Below, in pieces: positions 11,562-24,528 of a DNA stretch of 64,000 nucleotides; position 1 is the stretch's first letter; every line of letters starts with the position of its first letter. The stretch lies in NCBI GenBank assembly GCA_030390025.1, contig CM059431.1, positions 94,924,001 through 94,988,000 of the forward strand. The letters run 5' to 3'. The notes beneath the pieces were generated by a model. The model was not told where the DNA came from, searched no databases, and saw nothing but the letters and a program-made list of their open reading frames with translations. Both the position numbers and the translations under genes were made by a program. This DNA comes from Squalus acanthias. Its lineage: Eukaryota.

Positions 11562-13333
11562 GGGCTGCGATTTTACTAACCTCTGCGGGTCCGGGGCGGG
11601 CAACATCAGTGGCGGGTCCCGACCCCACTGCCGTCTCCATCCCGGCCTCTGAAATTAATTTCTCTTGATTGGGCTTGTCCGTCCAGCGCATTTGCCGGCC
11701 AATTAGAGGAAGCGGGTCTGGTGATGTAATTTTATGACACGTCATTAGCCGGTTTCCTTAAAGGGACCATGGCCAACTTTATTTTCACATTTGTGCTGTC
11801 AGTGTTCTACAGCATTGAGGTGCTGCTAACACTGACAAGCACTGCACAGAGGTGCAGGGCTGCACCCAGGCTCTTCCATGACTCCCTCCAATGCTTATGG
11901 AGGGAGTCACAGCACGCAGGGAGGTCCTCTTCCCTTCCCATGGGCGGAAAAGACCTCCCCAGAAGATCAACACAGCCTGGTTGCACATTGCAGAGGAGGA
12001 CACAAGCAGGGATGTGATCAGGAGGACCTGGCAGCAGTGCCTCAAACGTTTCAATGATTTCAGTAGATCACGAAACGTTAGTACAAAGTCACACTCAATC
12101 TCATCCTGCTGTGCCTCTCATCACATCTCCATCACTCTGCCTTCCCTACCATACTCCTGCACATTCTTACTCACACCAACTTACCTTGCACCTTCACCCA
12201 TCCCTCTCTATCTGCATTATCACTTTCCCATCTCACTAGCCACCCCTCACACTCATCCTAGTACAATCATACCAACTAACAACACACAAGGGTAGGCACT
12301 TGGCTGGTTTATGCAATGTTCATGTGAAGTTTCTGTTAATGTGCTGTCAAACATTGAAACCTTTATTTTCAACACTTTGCGTTCTTGGACAGATTTGTGT
12401 GCACCTTTGGAAGTGGCTTAGTGAGTTGCCGTGAATGGTGAGACATAAGGGTACCCCCCGCAATGGGGATGAGTATGAAAGGAATGGCTTGGGCATTGTA
12501 GGGATACTTTATGGTATTAGTGTGGGGTGGTGCCAACCTGGCGCATCATGTGGCAGCCAGGATGTACAGCACCAAGTGAAGTAAATCTGACCATGGTGAG
12601 GCCATCCCTGGCCTCCCAGACAGCAATGTGCTCGGGTGCTGATGCCCTCTGTCCTGTGCAACATCAGGTGATTACGGAGAAGGTTGGTGTTGTTGTTGGT
12701 GCTGCTGGTGTGCCTGGTGCTGCTGGTGTTGGGGCTGATCGTGGTGGGATTCTGAAGACCAAGGTGAGAGAGTATAAACAGCACCCATGCTGATGGAATA
12801 GATGGCAGGTGAAGTAGAGATGACAGAAGCGATCTGTCAATGGTGAAAGAGATAATGAGGTCAGACTGGATGGAGATTTGTGTAAAGATTTGCAGTATGG
12901 TGAATCTGTTGTGGAAATGCAGTGAGGAAGAGTTTGTGGCTGAGGGAAAATATCTCTGTAAGGTGGGAGCTTTTACTGTATATTTGAATTTGTCAACTCA
13001 TCAGCTGATTCAATGGCCACTGAACCCCCGCCTCAGCTTGACAGACATGGTCCACGACCAGCGTGGACCCCGTGGGCGAGCTGTCAAATGCAGAAGGTGA
13101 GCTGAAATTCATTCTTAAGTGGCTCTAAACAAGCCACTAATTACCTGAATTGTGTCCCCCGCTGTGAACCCGCCGCTGTGTGTCGGGTCTGCTCAGAGCT
13201 CACACACCCAATATCGGGGAAAGGCGCGTGGCGGTGGGTTCACAGCAGGGTCCTGACCCGCTGGGGGAAAAAAACACTTTCCCACCTGACCCGCCACTGA
13301 TCAAGCCCGCTGACCCCCCGCAAAATCCAGCCC
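11562..13333 (+). mobile_element. Non-autonomous Harbinger, 1.77 kb internally deleted derivative (copy 1)
   Basis: Ends GGGCTGCGATTTT / AAAATCCAGCCC. Retains the Myb exon 1 relic (11820-12080) and only the transposase termini. Colinear with 45871-47641. Confidence 0.85.
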
Positions 13334-13410
13334 TTGGTGTGTGCACGGATCGGATTCTGCTTTGAAACTTTCAAAATTTCAAAGCAAGGCCACATGCCTT
13401 CTCTGAGCTC

Positions 13411-13619
13411 GATGCGGAGATGCCGGTGTTGGACTGGGGTGGACAAAAATGAGAAGTCGCACAACACCAGGTTATAGTCCAACAGTTTTATTTGAAATTA
13501 CGAGCTTTCGGAGCTCTGCTTTCGGAGCACTGTACCTGACGAAGGAGCAGAGCTCCGAAAGCTCGTAATTTCAAATAAAACTGTTGGACTATAACCTGGT
13601 GTTGTGCGACTTCTCATTT
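13411..13619. mobile_element. Penelope-derived fold-back insert (family P2)
   Basis: Perfect 76-bp inverted repeat 13445-13520/13546-13621; 12-bp TSD ttctctgagctc (13399-13410/13620-13631). Confidence 0.85.
13533..13567 (+). ncRNA. Minimal type I hammerhead ribozyme motif (Penelope type)
   Basis: TAC-CTGACGA-A-GGAGC-AGA-GCTCC-GAAA-GC-TC-GTA: intact core, 5-bp stem II, palindromic AGCT stem III, stem I TAC/GTA. Confidence 0.75.
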
Positions 13620-14165
13620 TTCTCTGAGCTCATTCGCTCTATTTTTATCACCATGCTCAATGATTCAAGGAGGAGCCTTACAGCCAGAGTGCCACCTGCT
13701 GTCTGCACTGCCGGCAAGCTGTTCAAACTGCACAGGTCATGCACATCCACTAAAAGCTTTCATCTGGGAACTTCTCTTGCAAGTGATTGTGCACTAGCGG
13801 GTTGATTTTCCGCCTCTGTGTTTCTGGAAGGTGCCTCTCTAACTGGCTGCACATATCGGAAACTCAGGTGTGCAATTCGTATGATTTTCCAACCATTTAA
13901 AGTAATGGGCAGGAAATCCTGTGCAGCAGCAAAGAGATCTCTGATACACATTACCATGCGAGTGAGGCTCCCTGCAAGCAGTACAAAGTCAGAAAACTAC
14001 CCCAAAAAGGTGTACACTCCAGAAGACTAAGGGTGCATTTTTACTGGAGCCAGAAGTTTGTGATTGGCAGCTACAGAATCAGTTCCAGCCAGGCAGCACC
14101 TCTTTTATACTTCCCAGCTCCTGTCTGGCTCCAATTCGTGGCTTCTAATGGCCAGGACAGTGCTT

Positions 14166-14830
14166 CATAGAATCATAGAATCATAGAAAGTTACAGCACG
14201 GAAGGAGGCCATTTCGGCCCAGCGTGTCCGTGCCGGCCAACAAAGAGCTATCCAGCCTAATCCCACTTCCCAGCTCTTGGTCCGTAGCCCTGCAGGTTAC
14301 AGCATTCCAAGTGCACATCCAGTACTTTTTAAATGTGGTTAGGGTTCCTGCCTCTACCACCCTTTCAGGCAGTGAGTTCCAGACCCCCACAACCCTCTGG
14401 GTGAAGAGATTTCCCCTCAAATCCCCTCTAAACCTTCCCCCAGTTACTTTAAATCTGTGGCCCCTGGTTTTTGACCCCTCTGCGAAGGGAAATAGGTCCT
14501 TTCTATCCACTTTATCTGGGCCCCTCATAATTTTATACACCTCAATAAGGTCTCCCCTCAGCCTCCTCTGATCCAAGGAAAACAGACCCAGCCTATCCAG
14601 TCTTTCCTCATAGCAAAGATTCTCTACTCCCGGCAACATCCTTGTAAATCTCCTCTTTACCCTCTCGAGTGCAATCACATCTTTCCTGTAATGTGGTGAC
14701 CAGAACTGCACGCAGTACTCTAGCTGAGGCCTAACTAGTGTTTTATACAATTGAAGCATAACCCCCTGCTCTTGTATTCAATGCCACGGCTAATAAAGGC
14801 AAGCATTCCGTATGCCTTCTTAACCACCTA
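14166..14830 (-). mobile_element. CR1 LINE 3' end (catagaat-tail family)
   Basis: ORF 14181-14759 LYKTLVRPQLEYCVQFWSPHY...FTQRVVGVWNSLP; (catagaat)n tail. Confidence 0.95.
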
Positions 14831-15384
14831 TACCCATATGGAGAGCTTGGCTCCTAGTGGTTACTTTTTAAATCTTCTGGAGTCAGGTCTGGAATTATAC
14901 TGTCACTATTACAATGCAAAATTAACAATATAACTGCACCATAAGATGGTAATTAGATCAATGAGAGTTGCTAGGCTGCAGTGAAAAGTTATTAAGAAAG
15001 CATTCACCTCAGAAAAAATATTCATGAATTTTTACAAAAGCATGCTCCTGATGTGGAGCCTCACCTATTGGGAGTACAGATTAGGAAATAATGGGTGTGA
15101 TCCCCAAGACTTTTGATCCACTGATTTCAATGAACAGAAATTCATATGGAATGTACCTGTGATTTCCTCATATGTGCTCACGGGGGCTGAGGCTCCACTC
15201 CAGAAGTGCACATTCATAGCTATAACCTTTATATTTCATCCTTAGCCATCAATAATGAGGTGGAGCTGAACCCCACACCTTAGTTCTCCTATCTGCGAAG
15301 TCTTTCTTTAACAGTGTGCTTATGGATCAATAATTACAAGCATGCATCAAGACGGTGTGTTGAATGTATGGGCTTCTACATGAG

Positions 15385-16818
15385 CCCAGAAAGTCAGGAT
15401 GTACAATCAATATGGGTGGAGCTAACAAATAGCAAAGGACAGAAGGTGGGTGTAGTATATAGGCCCACTAAAAGTAGTTACAGTGTTCGACAGGGTATAA
15501 ATCAGCAATTAGAGGATGATGAACAAGGATAATGCAATAATCGTGGGGAACTTTAATCTTCAAATAGACTGGGCAAACCAAATTGGCAAAAATAGTTTGG
15601 AGGACAATTTCATGGAATGCAGGTGCATTTGAGACAGTTTTCTAGAAAAATATGTTGAGGAACCAACTAGGGAAAAGGCTATTTCAGATCTAGTATTGTG
15701 TAATGAGACAGGGTTAATTAGTAATCTTATAGTAAAGGAATACATTTAAACAAAGCCAATTATGAGGGACATGAAGGTAAATAAGCAACGGTGGACATTT
15801 AAATAAGTCATTCATAATTCTCAACAAACATACATTCCCTTGAGAAATAAAAACTCCATGGGAAAAGTTGTCCAACCGTAGCTAACTAGAGAAGTTAAGG
15901 ATAGTATGAGATTAAAAGAAGAAGCTTACAATGTTGCCAAAAAGAATAGTAAGCCTGAGGATTGGAAGGGTTTTAGAAATTAACAAAGGATGACAAAGAA
16001 ATTGATAAAGAGGGAGAAAATAGAATGAAAGTAAACTAGCAAGAAATATAAAAACAGATTGTAAGAGCTTCTACAAGTATTTAAAAAGAAAGAGATTAGT
16101 GAATGTAAACATGGGTCCCTTAGAGGCAGAGACAGGAAAAATTATAATGGTAGAGATGTTAAACTAATATTTTGTATCTGTCTTCACAGTAGAAGACACA
16201 AAAAACATACCGAAAATAGTGGGGAACCAAGGGTCTAATGAGAGTGAGGAACTTAAAGTAATTAATATTTGTAAAGAAAAAGTACGGGAGAAATCGAACT
16301 GAAAGCCGACAAATCCCGTGGACCTGATGACATACATCCTACAGTTTTAAAAGAGTTGGCTACAGGGATAGTGGATGCATTGGCTTTGATCTTCCAGAAG
16401 TCCCTAGATTCTAGAACATTCCCTGTGGATTGGAAAGTAGCAAATGTAACTCCAGTATTTAAGAAAGGAGGGAGAGAGAAAACAGGGAACTATAGACCAG
16501 TTAGCCTGACATCAATAGTAGGGAAAATGCTAGAATCTATTATTAGGCACGTGGCAATAGGGCACTTAGAAAATCATAATAAAATTAGGCAGAGTCAACA
16601 TGGTTTATTGAAAGAGAAATCATGTTTGACAAATTTATTGGCAATTATAAGGGTGTACTAGCAGGGTAGATAAAAACCAATGGATGTAGTATATTTGGAT
16701 TTTCAAAAGGCATTCGCTAAGGTGCTGCATAACAGGTTGTTATACAAGATTGGGGGCCATGGGATTGGGGGTAATATATTAGCGTGGATTAAGTATTGGT
16801 TCCTGGATAGAAAACAGA
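15385..16818 (+). mobile_element. Degenerate CR1 ORF2 (endonuclease to RT), left half; interrupted by Harbinger
   Basis: SIWVEL...GVVYRP; ORFs 16356-16661 and 16680-; breaks at DRKQR. Confidence 0.9.
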
Positions 16819-17112
16819 GGCCAGAATTTTCCATACCTGGGCGGGTCAAATGCGGGCAGCTGGCGTGGCGGGTCGCGACCCCGTTGTTGCTTCCATCCTG
16901 CTGCTGAGATCGACTTTGCGATAATGGGTCCTATTAAGCCCGCCCTACGTGTTACCCGGCCCAATTAAATGGAGCGGGTCTGATGATGTCATCCATGATG
17001 CGTTTTCAGCCGGGATATTTAAAGGAGGCATGGCTACATTGCATTTGAAGGTTCATCTAGGAGTGTGCAGGTAGCACACTGGAGGTTTTGATTACTCCAA
17101 GCAGTTGGAGAG

Positions 17113-18700
17113 ATGGCTGCACAGAGGCAGAGGGCTTCACCCAGGCTCTCCGATGACTCCCTCCATATGCTTGTGGAGGGAGTCAGAGCACGCAGGGAGG
17201 TCCTCTTCCTTTCAAATGGGAGGATGAGACAGGAAGCAAAAAGAGCCTGGCTCCAAATTGCAGAGGAGGTCAACAGCAGGGATGTGTTCAGGAGGACCTG
17301 GGTGCAGTGCCACAAATGTTTCAATGATCTCATTAGATCAGGAAAGGTGAGTAGAAAGCCACACTCAACTTCATCCTGCTGTGCCTCTCATCACCTCTCC
17401 ATCACTCTGCCTTCCCAACCCTACTCCTGCACATCCTTACTCACACCAACTTACCTTGCACATCCACCCATCTCTCTCTCTCTACATTATCACATCCCCA
17501 TCTTACTTGCCACCCCTCACACTCACCCTCACTCTAATGCAATCATACCAACGGACAATACACAAGGAGGCCACTTGGCTTTGCCACCCCACTCTATCAT
17601 AGTCTCCCTCTAAAGATGTAACCCATCCATTCCTTACACTCATTCCATCACTCACACTCAAACTTCTCTTCTTGCCCTCCTTGCAGGAGAAGAGAGCCCA
17701 AAATAAGAGGGAGAGGGAGAGAACTGGAGGTGGCCCTCCATCAATTGCCACCCTCACAACAGCAGAGGAGGCTGTGTTGGAAGTATCGGGAGTGGCCGAG
17801 CAGCTGGAGGTGGGAGATGGAGAGAGGGGGACATCTCAGCAACCTGGTGGCAGAATTACGTATCATACAGCTACATGGCATACAGCAGACACTCATATGG
17901 GGACTGATGTCATCAGCCACTGAATGGTCATTATGTGCATAATGGTATCTTACCCATTCTTCATATGGCATATCTAACTCATCACTTTACTCTCCCACGG
18001 GTCCATCAAAAGCACCCCCCCCCCCCACCCCCCACTGTCCAGGTGGAAGAGGAAGACGACTCCTCAGAGGAGCCTCCAGTCTCTGAGGGTGCAGCGCCAC
18101 CAGACTTGAGCGCACCCAGCACCAGCGCAGAGACGCACACCTCGGTGGGTCCCACACAACATAGAGTAGTGTTGTCACCGGGTCCGTCACAAATCACAAG
18201 TGAGCAAGAGCAGATGGTGGAGACTGGGACAGCAGTGGACACTCCTCGCTGGAAGGTGCAGGACGCCATCCAGAAAGAGGGCAATCCTGGAGGGGCAGGA
18301 AGAAGTGTAGGAGGCTCTGACAGGTTTGCGACTGCAATGTCTGCAAATGTTCAGAGAATGGAGGAGTCCATCTCCACATGAGCACCACCGTGTCGCAGGC
18401 GATGGCGACTGTAGGCTCCTCCATGGATAGGATGGCCACTTACATGGAGCAGCTAATGCGTTACTCACAGGAGCACATGGTCTCTATGGAGAATAGATGG
18501 CTATCTATGTCATAGACATCCTCTCTAGGAGGGATGTCAGCGTACACGTGGGTCCTCATGGCCTCACTGATGTGCAGCAAGGTGCTCTCCAGCTCCTTGC
18601 TCGCAGGAAAGTGCGGGTGGCCCATGAGAGGAATGACGGTGAGAGGGGGGACATGGAAGTGTGGGCTCCTCACAAAGCACTTACACTTCTCCCCCGTTGC
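17113..18700 (+). pseudogene. Harbinger Myb/SANT-like DNA-binding protein gene, 3 exons (17113-17346, 17687-17846, 18001-~18700)
   Basis: MAAQRQRASPRLSDDSL.MLVEGV...AWLQIAEEV...RTWVQC.K.FNDL|gtgagt; ttgcag|EKRAQNKRER.RTGGGPP. The exon 3 acceptor is mutated (acgg) and there are stops/frameshifts. Confidence 0.8.
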
Positions 18701-18996
18701 CAGGTAGATTCACAAGGGTAGCCACTTGGATGTTTTATCCAATGTTAATGCCAAGTTTCCGTTAATGTGATCTCAACCATAAAATTCTTTAGTTTCACCA
18801 CTTGGACAAATTTGTGTGTACCTTTGGAGGTGGCTTAGTGAGTTGCAGTGAATGGTGATACATAACGGTACCTCCAGCAATGGTGGTCAGTGTGAAAGGA
18901 ATGGTTTGGTCATTGCAGGGATCCTTTATGGTGTTGCTGTGGGGTGGTGCCAACCTGGTGCAGCATGTGGCAGCCATATGGATGTATTGCGTAAAG

Positions 18997-20231
18997 TTAT
19001 GTAAATCTGGCCATGATGATCTGACAATGTGCTCGGGTGCTGGTGGGATCTGGGCCTAAGGTTCCTCCAACTCCTGCTCCTCCTCATCTTCCAGCTTATG
19101 CTCCTCCTTCTCCTCCTGCTCCTCCTCCTCTGAAGAGGCTGTGCATTCAGTGCCTAGCTCCTCATGCAGTGCCAATCCTCGCTGCTGCGTTATGTTGTGC
19201 AGGGCGCAGCAGACCATGACAATTCTGGAGACCTTGGCTGGTGTGTACTGAAGGGCTCTTCCAGATCTGTCAAGGCCTCTGAAGCGCATTTTGAGCATGT
19301 CCATTGTCTGCTCTTTGACACATCTGATGGAAATGTGGCTTTCATTGTATGTCTCCTGCGTCTCAGTACTTGGCCTCCTCAGGGGTGTCATGAGCCACGT
19401 CTTCAGTGGATAGCCCTTGTCTCCAAGCAGCCAGTCGGAAAGTCTATTTGGAGGAGCAAAGAGCTGAGGGAGGGTGGACTGGCGCAGGACAAAAGATTCA
19501 TGGCAGCTGCCAGGGAATTTGGTACACACATGCATCATGATCTCCCTATGGTTTCAGACCAGTTACACATTGAGGGAGTGGAAGTTCTTGCGGTTGACAA
19601 AGCCTCCTGGGTGATGATGGGGTGCCCTGATGGCCACATGTGTGCAGCTGATGACGCCCTGCTCCTGTGGGAAGCCAGCCAGAGTGGCAAAGCCGAGCAC
19701 CCGCTCAGTAACACTGGCTTCATCAGTGGCAAAGTTGATATAATTGGCTGATTTCTCAAAGAGGACATTGGTGACCTGTGTGATGCATCTGTGGACGGCC
19801 GACTGCGAGATGCCGCAAATGTCTGCTGCAGATCCCTGGAAGGAGCCTGAGGTGGAGAGGTTGAGGGCAATGGTGACTTTGACAGCCACTGGTAAGGCGT
19901 GTCCACCCGCTCCTCTGCGCTTCCGGTCTTGCTCCAGCAATGTGCAAATGTCTGCGATGATCTGGCGCGATAGCCTGAGCCGCCTTTGACACTGCTGCTC
20001 AGTCATGTTGAGGAAGCTCATCCTCTACCTCTATACCCTGTGTTGGGGGTATGGCCTCCGGTGCGGTGCAGCTCTGCGCTGATGCCCTCTGTCCTGTGCA
20101 GCATCAGGTGGTTGAGGAGAAGGTTGGTGGTGTTGTTGTTAGTGCTGATGGTGTGCCTGGTGCTGCTGATGTCAGTGCTCATCGTGGTCCGATTCTAAGG
20201 ACCAAGGTGAGACAGTATAAATGGCACCCAT
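18997..20231 (-). pseudogene. Harbinger (HARBI1-like) DDE transposase, disrupted
   Basis: ORFs 19563-20021 and 19056-19538: [40 protein letters not shown]; frameshift near 19550. Confidence 0.9.
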
Positions 20232-20601
20232 GCTGATGGAGTAGATGGCAGGTCAAGTAGAGATCAGAGGAGCAAGCTGTCAATGGTGTGATAGGTTGTA
20301 ACAATGAGGTGAGACTGGATGACGACTTTGCTGGAAACACTTGCATCCTGTAGAATGCTAAATGTGTGCTGGGAATGTAGTCAGCAACAGCTTCTACCTG
20401 AGGAAAATGATCAGCTGTGAGGTGGGAACTTTTGTCGTACATTTCATGCTGTCATCTAATCAGCTAGAGCCATGGCCACTCAACTCCAGCCTCAGGCTGA
20501 CAGATGTGGTTCCTGAGCTGCGTGAATCCCGTGGGCAGCCAGGGAAATTTGAATGGTAGGCTGAAAAAGGCGCTTAAGTGTCTGACATGTACCTATTAAT
20601 G

Positions 20602-21108
20602 TCAGTGTTCTTGCTCAGGCCAACATCCCCAGCATTGAAGTTTTGACCACGCTCGATCAGCTCCGATGGACGGGTCACATCGTCCGCATGCCCGATACGA
20701 GACTCCCAAAACAAGCGCTCTACTCGGAGCTCCAACACAGCAAGAGAGCCCCAGGTGGGCAGAGGAAACGCTTCAAGGACACCCTCAAAGCCTCCTTGAA
20801 AAAGTGCAACATCCCCACTGACACCTGGGAATCCCTGGCCCAAGACCGCATAAAGTGGAGGAGAAGCATCCGGGAAGGCGCCGAACACCTCGAGTCTCTT
20901 CGCCGGGAGCAAGCGGAAGCCAAGCGCAAACAACGCAAGGAGCGCACATCAACCCAAGCACCCCACCCACCCACCCCTTCAACCACCGTCTGCCCCACCT
21001 GTGACAGAGACTGTAGGTCCCGCATTGGACTCATCAGTCACCTGAGAACTCATTTTTAATGTGGAAGCAAGTCATCCTCGGTTCCGAGGGACTGCCTAAG
21101 AGAGAGAG
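20602..21108 (+). mobile_element. RTE-clade LINE 3' end inserted in Harbinger
   Basis: QLRWTGHIVRMPDTRLPKQALYSEL...GGQRKRFKDTLK...CPTCDRDCRSRIGLISHLRTH; (ag)n tail; possible aatg TSD. Confidence 0.9.
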
Positions 21109-21291
21109 AATGATTTGAATTAGGTCGCCCGCCTCTACCAGTCAGGTCGCTGCCGCACCGGCAAACATGCCCGAGGGAAAGGCGCGTGGGGGCAGGATGA
21201 CGGCGGGTTCCCGACCCGCTGCAACTTATTTCAAATTTCCCACCCGACCTGCCTCCGATTGCGCCCGCATGGACCCCAGAAAATTCCGGAC

Positions 21292-22258
21292 AGAGAATAG
21301 GAATAAACGGGTCATTTTCGTGTTGGCTGGTTGTAACTAGTGGGGTGCCGCAAGGATCAATGCTTGAGCCTTAGCTATTTACAATCTATATCAATGACCT
21401 AGATGAGGGGACTGAGTGTAATGTATCCAAGTTTTCTGATGATACAAAGCTATGTGGGAAAGTAAGTAAAGAGGCTGCAAAGAGACATAGAGTGGGCAAT
21501 AAGGTGGCAGATGGAGTATATTGTGGGGAAATGGAAAATTAGCTACTTTGGTAGGATGAATAGAAAAGCAGAATATTTTTAAAAAGGTGAGAGACTAGTA
21601 AAGGTTGGTATGCAAACAATAAGGAAGGCAAATGCTATGTTAGCCTTTATTGCAAGGGGGTTGGAGTATAAAAGTAAGGAAGTCTTGCTGCAATTATATC
21701 AAGCTTTGGTGCACAGTTCTGGTCTCCTTACCTAAGGAAGGATATACCTGCCTTAGAGGGGGTGCAACAAAGGTTCACTGGATTGATTCGTGGGATGAGA
21801 GGGCTGTCATATGAGGAGAGATTGAGTAGAATGGGCCCATATCCTCTTGAGTTAAGAAGAATGAGAGGTGATCTCATTGAAACGCATAAAAGTCTTAACG
21901 GGATTGACAGGGTAGATGCTGGGAGGCTGTTTCCCCTGGCTGGGGAGTCTAGAACCAGGGTCACAGTCTCAGGGTAAGGGGTCGGCCATTTAGGACTGAG
22001 ATGAGAAGAAATTTCTTCACTCGGAGGGTGGTGAATCTTTGGAATTCTCTACCCCAGTGGGCTCTGGTGGCTCAGTCGTTGAGTATATTCAAGACTGAGA
22101 TCGATAGATTTTTGGTCACTAAGGGAATCAAGGGATATGGGATAGTGCAGGAAGGTGGAGTTGAGGTAAAAGCTCTGACATGATCTTATTGAATGGCGGA
22201 GCAGACTTGAGGGGCTGTATGACCTACTCTTGCTCCTGTTTCTTATGTTCTTATGTTT
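21292..22258 (+). mobile_element. CR1 right half (continuation of 15385-16818) with 3' tail
   Basis: ggggtgccgcaaggatc...; ORFs 21762-21977 and 22001-22183; ends ttcttatgttcttatgtt. Confidence 0.9.
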
Positions 22259-23432
22259 TTAGCACGTGTAGGGGTTGATGTTCCACATATGCACTGGTGA
22301 CCTGGAACTTGCAGTTTCTCTCTGTGCCCTGCTGGCGGGTAATGTTCTTCACCTGCAGTGTGTTCAAACTGATACCATACTGACTCTACAGAGGTAACTT
22401 TTCTAGCTGCAGTTCTACAATATATTAGTACCATCAAATATTTTGGATTGCTGAAAGGCATGGACTTGCTACTGACGGTATGTTAACAAATTAAACATAT
22501 GTCACCTTCGATCAATGCTAAACGTCAAATAGCAAGATAAAATCACCGATGGAAACCTCCTGTCATGAACCAGTAGAACAAGTAACAAAGTGCCAAATTT
22601 CCAATTTTTTGAACATTTTCCACAGGAAGGATATTAAAAGAAAAGTTACATTTAAGGGTTGTGTTTTAAAGCAAAATGTAATCACATGAATTCCAACAAA
22701 GGTACTGAGATGATAGGTGGCTAAAGTACTAATGAGCTGAGCTTTGACGTTAGATCCTTAAAGACTGAAAACAAAAAGCAATTCAATATTCTGTTTCAGT
22801 AATCAATAAACACCTCACCCCCAGTGGTTTTGGAAATCTATGGTCCCAGGTGTGGTTGGCAGGCCTTCTCTTCTAACGATGAACATAGTGAGATAAAAAG
22901 AGAGATAGAGTCACAAGAGTCAGTCAGATTTTTAAAACAGAAAACTGCTAGCATAAACTTTGACCAGGTTCAGAAGTTTAGCATGCAGGAAACTGGTTAG
23001 GAGTTACTTTGTTTGAATCATCTACCCATAATGTGGGGATGCATAGCAAATACATTAAAAAAAATTCATTTTCGAGATATGGGCGTCACTGGAAATTGTT
23101 GCCCAACCATAGTGGTCCTTGAGAAAGTGATGGTGGGCCGTCTTCTTGAACCGCTGCAGCCCATGCGGAGCTTGAGCACAGAGCTTGGAGACAGAGCTGG
23201 GTGAATCGCAATCGGAGTGGACCGCAAGCAGAGTGGAAGAATGTGGTGATAGTAGGGATTCGGTGGAGAGGAGGAAGGCGGCTTCTCATGTCCAACTGAA
23301 AAAGGAGGAGTGGAGCCACAGAACCCGAGGTGTAGGGTGTGGTAATGGGGTCAGCCTTCGCTTTCTGACTCAGTGAGCGGTTCGAAATGCTCCCACGCCC
23401 CTGGTTCCTAGACTTTGGACTTATTTAGGGGT

Positions 23433-24528
23433 TGTGAACAAAAATGCAGTAGACAACAGGTTCTGATGAAAGAATTTTGACTTTATTAAAAGAAAAAGGT
23501 AACAAACTTAAAACACACTTAATACTTAAACACAGATTGGGGAGCACACGGTACAGGCGAGGGAGAAAGACAATATACCAAACAAAAACCTTATCCCTCC
23601 CAAAGATCCCACTATCTAGCTAGGTTTTTGGTTTCAGGAGATTAGGGATAATGCTCACCAACGAATCCTTGACAGGATTTTAGAGTCTTTTGATTCAAAG
23701 ATTTCGTAAGGCCATTGTTGCTGCGAGGTGTCCGATGGTCACTGAGGCAGTCGCTCTGGTTTCTTCTTGTGTGATGGTCTGTTTGCTGGCCTTCCTCCTC
23801 GTGGCTTGTAGTGGTTTTGCTGGAGCAGGGGGAGAGCTGTGCCGGCGTTGTCAGCGAGTCCAAAAGAGAAAGAGTTTTGGGACAGGCTTTCAATTATATT
23901 GTCTTTTTCGCGCCCAAAAACCCCTTACTAAAACGGTTTCCTTTAGGTTGCAAATGAGCCTTGCTTAGTCCATTGTCTAGTTTTGGCAGGCTTGCCAGTT
24001 CCGTTGGCTTTAGCTCAGTGTTAAACATGTCCTGATCGTTTTCTGATTTAACACAGCCTTATCTACGCGCCAAATCTCAACCCTATTGTCCTAGGTCTTT
24101 TGGCGGGCTTTTAAATCTGTCCTGTGGATACCTGGTTGATTGGTTTTTGATGAAGTACTAAATGTTTTATTGATTTCAAAAGAGGTCTTGGATTATTCAT
24201 ATTGTCTTTTGTGTTGTGAGGCTTTTGGTTTTGTCTTTTCCTCCTTGATAGGAAAGGCAGTGGAAACACTGCAGACAGCTTACTACACTGCTTGGCCACG
24301 CCCCTCTGCAGCCTGTGTGTCTGTGAAAGGTGTCTTTCCCAACAGTAAGATTCGAAAAGTCATTTTCCTCAGGGTTTTTCTTCCCTGATCTTTAAAATGT
24401 CCCAAACTGAGGTTTTTACATCAAATCACTTCACTTAGGTCCCATCATCCCAAGTTTGTATGAAAGGTCCAAAAATCACTCCCTTTTGGGCTCTGTTCGA
24501 GTTTCTGGGGGATTTTGCGAAGCCTACA
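23433..24528 (-). mobile_element. Possible solo LTR (~1.1 kb) inside a CR1 5' UTR
   Basis: TG...CA termini (tgtgaac / cctaca); AATAAA on the minus strand near 23485; non-coding. No clean TSD. Confidence 0.35.

Larger units (their letters stand above)
16819..21291. mobile_element. Full-structure PIF/Harbinger transposon family A copy 1 (Myb gene +, transposase -)
   Basis: Ends GGCCAGAATTTTC / GAAAATTCCGGAC; likely AGA TSD; the host CR1 resumes in register at 21292; two convergent genes. Confidence 0.9.
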
